A stretch of DNA of 27,212 bases, taken from positions 1 through 27,212 of the IMG/VR virus record IMGVR_UViG_3300037515_000423, one strand, 5' to 3'. The position numbers and the translations under genes are program-made. Each line of letters opens with the position of its first letter. Within the stretch, counting starts at the first letter, position 1. Below the pieces are notes generated by a model. The model did no database searches, was not told the origin of the DNA, and saw nothing but the letters and a program-made list of their open reading frames with translations. The DNA is from a virus. Its lineage: Duplodnaviria > Caudoviricetes. This document shows positions 26,052 through 27,212 of this stretch, piece after piece.

Positions 26052-26579
26052 GTGGCGCCGGCCGGGAACAAGCTGCGGGGCGAAGTGGAGGTCGATCTCG
26101 GCGGCGGGACTCGCGCCCTCCGTCTCAACAACGGCGACCTCGCCGCGCTCAACGAGCGGTTCGACCGCGGAACCTGGGCGCTGCTCGATGCGCTCCAGGA
26201 TCTCGATCACCGCGTCATCCTCGCGACGCTGCACCGTGCTCTGTATCACGGTGCGCCACGATCGAAGGACCAGCCGAGTGAGCAGGATCTCGGCGAGCTC
26301 GAATGGGTCGCCCTCGACATCTCCGACGCCCTTGGCCGGTGCATCTACCGAGCGGTGCTCGGGAAGGACCCCGAGGATCTGCTGTCCGAGAATCCCGGGC
26401 TCCGCAGCAAGGTCGCCCAGGCGGTCGGCCAGGCGGGCCCTCCCCAAGCGACTGGCGCGGCGGATGGCGCCAGGGACTCGAGCTTGCTGCCGAGCTCGAG
26501 CTCGGACCCGACGAGTTCTGGAGACTCACCCCCTATGAGTTCGGGGTCCTGCAACACCACCGACGACGTGCCCGCCTAG
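26052..26579 (+). CDS. Tail assembly chaperone (G form, 175 aa)
   Basis: NKLRGEVEVDLGG..RALRL..DLAALNE; lies between tube and tape measure. Confidence 0.85.
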   Translation: MAPAGNKLRGEVEVDLGGGTRALRLNNGDLAALNERFDRGTWALLDALQDLDHRVILATLHRALYHGAPRSKDQPSEQDLGELEWVALDISDALGRCIYRAVLGKDPEDLLSENPGLRSKVAQAVGQAGPPQATGAADGARDSSLLPSSSSDPTSSGDSPPMSSGSCNTTDDVPA

Positions 26580-26782
26580 ACCGGGATGTGACCGTGGCGT
26601 GGTACACGGCGATGTTCCAACGACAGAAGCGGCTGAAGCCGCTGCGCACGATCCTGTCGCGGCACAACCGGCGCCCGCCTACGGATTCGGAGCTGGAGCA
26701 GAAACGGCGCGATCATGACCTACTGGTGGCGCGCGTGAGCGAAAGGATGGCGAAGCGTGGCGTTCGAGTCGAAGCTCGGTGA
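26435..26782 (+). CDS. -1 frame extension of the tail assembly chaperone (GT form; fused product 26052-26782, about 243 aa)
   Basis: -1 frame encodes LELGPDEFWRLTPYEF...AWYTAMFQR, a chaperone C-terminal motif; heptamer G GGC CCT at 26435-26441. Confidence 0.8.
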   Translation, partial: GPSPSDWRGGWRQGLELAAELELGPDEFWRLTPYEFGVLQHHRRRARLDRDVTVAWYTAMFQRQKRLKPLRTILSRHNRRPPTDSELEQKRRDHDLLVARVSERMAKRGVRVEAR

Positions 26783-27212
26783 AGCCTATGTAGAGCTACG
26801 TGCTCGCAGGCAGAGGTTCGGGGCCGACCTGAAGCAGGCGCAGCGCAAGGCCTTGTCGCAGACGAAGAGCCTAGGCGACAAAATCGGAACCCAGCTCGGC
26901 AAGCTGCGCGGCAGCTTTCTCACCCTCGGGCCGGCGATCCTGGCCGGCGCCGCCACCGCGCTCACTATCTTCCTGCGCAAGGCCATTGCGGCCGGCGACG
27001 CGATCGGCAAGAACAGCAAGCTCCTCGGGCTCTCCGCCGAGGCGTTTCAGGAATTCGGGTTCGCCGCGTCGCAAGCCGGCGTCTCGCAGGACGAGTTCAT
27101 CACCGGCACGCGCGCTCTCGGCCGACGGATCGCCGAGGCCGACGCTGGGCTCGAGACCTACGCGCGCTCGTTCCGCGCCCTGGGCGTGCAACTCAGAGAC
27201 GAGAACGGACAG
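26757..27212 (+). CDS. Tape measure protein, module 2, 3' truncated (not in the ORF track)
   Basis: GTG 26757 after AAAGGA; MAFESKLGEAYVELRA...AGDAIGKNSKLLGLSAEAFQEFGFAASQAGVS...SFRALGVQLRDENGQ, open to window end. Confidence 0.9.
   Translation, partial: MAFESKLGEAYVELRARRQRFGADLKQAQRKALSQTKSLGDKIGTQLGKLRGSFLTLGPAILAGAATALTIFLRKAIAAGDAIGKNSKLLGLSAEAFQEFGFAASQAGVSQDEFITGTRALGRRIAEADAGLETYARSFRALGVQLRDENGQ

Larger units (their letters stand above)
1..27212 (+). mobile_element. Phage/prophage late (structural) region with two consecutive head-tail modules; both ends run off the window
   Basis: About 35 co-oriented genes, many with overlapping stop/start codons; two capsids, two proteases, two tail tubes and two tape measures recognised by motif and gene order. 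Confidence 0.93.

Noticed and set aside
1-27212. Many long minus-strand and alternate-frame ORFs in the track (e.g. 9051-10460, 11282-12316, 20489-21592, 21548-23029)
   Set aside because: They overlap well-supported + strand genes, are Arg/Pro/Ala-rich without motifs, and are expected shadows in high-GC DNA
1-27212. Frequent GATC/CGATCG words
   Set aside because: Explainable by ATC/GAT/GAC codon usage in high-GC genes; enrichment could not be quantified by eye

Overview
High-GC (roughly 70% by spot counts) phage/prophage DNA in which essentially every real gene is on the + strand and tightly packed. It holds two unrelated virion-morphogenesis gene sets back to back. Module 1 (1-15686) is a Mu-like head plus a non-contractile tail: protease/scaffold, capsid cement, major capsid, HhH protein, gp36-like adaptor, gpG-like protein, tail terminator, tail tube, tape measure, distal tail, hub, Ig-domain protein, low-GC receptor-binding candidate and a baseplate/fibre protein. 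A two-TM holin-like gene and a 15-codon micro-ORF follow, overlapping directly into Module 2 (16059-27212). Module 2 is an HK97/lambda-like cos-type set: HNH, TerS, TerL, portal, S49 protease, major capsid, decoration, head-tail joining genes, tail tube, chaperone with a -1 frameshift, and a tape measure cut by the window end. No integrase, att site, transposon end, terminator or endolysin is visible at the junction, so the two modules read as one continuous, translationally coupled late operon that could encode two distinct particles. All product calls come from motif recognition and gene order; no database search was run.
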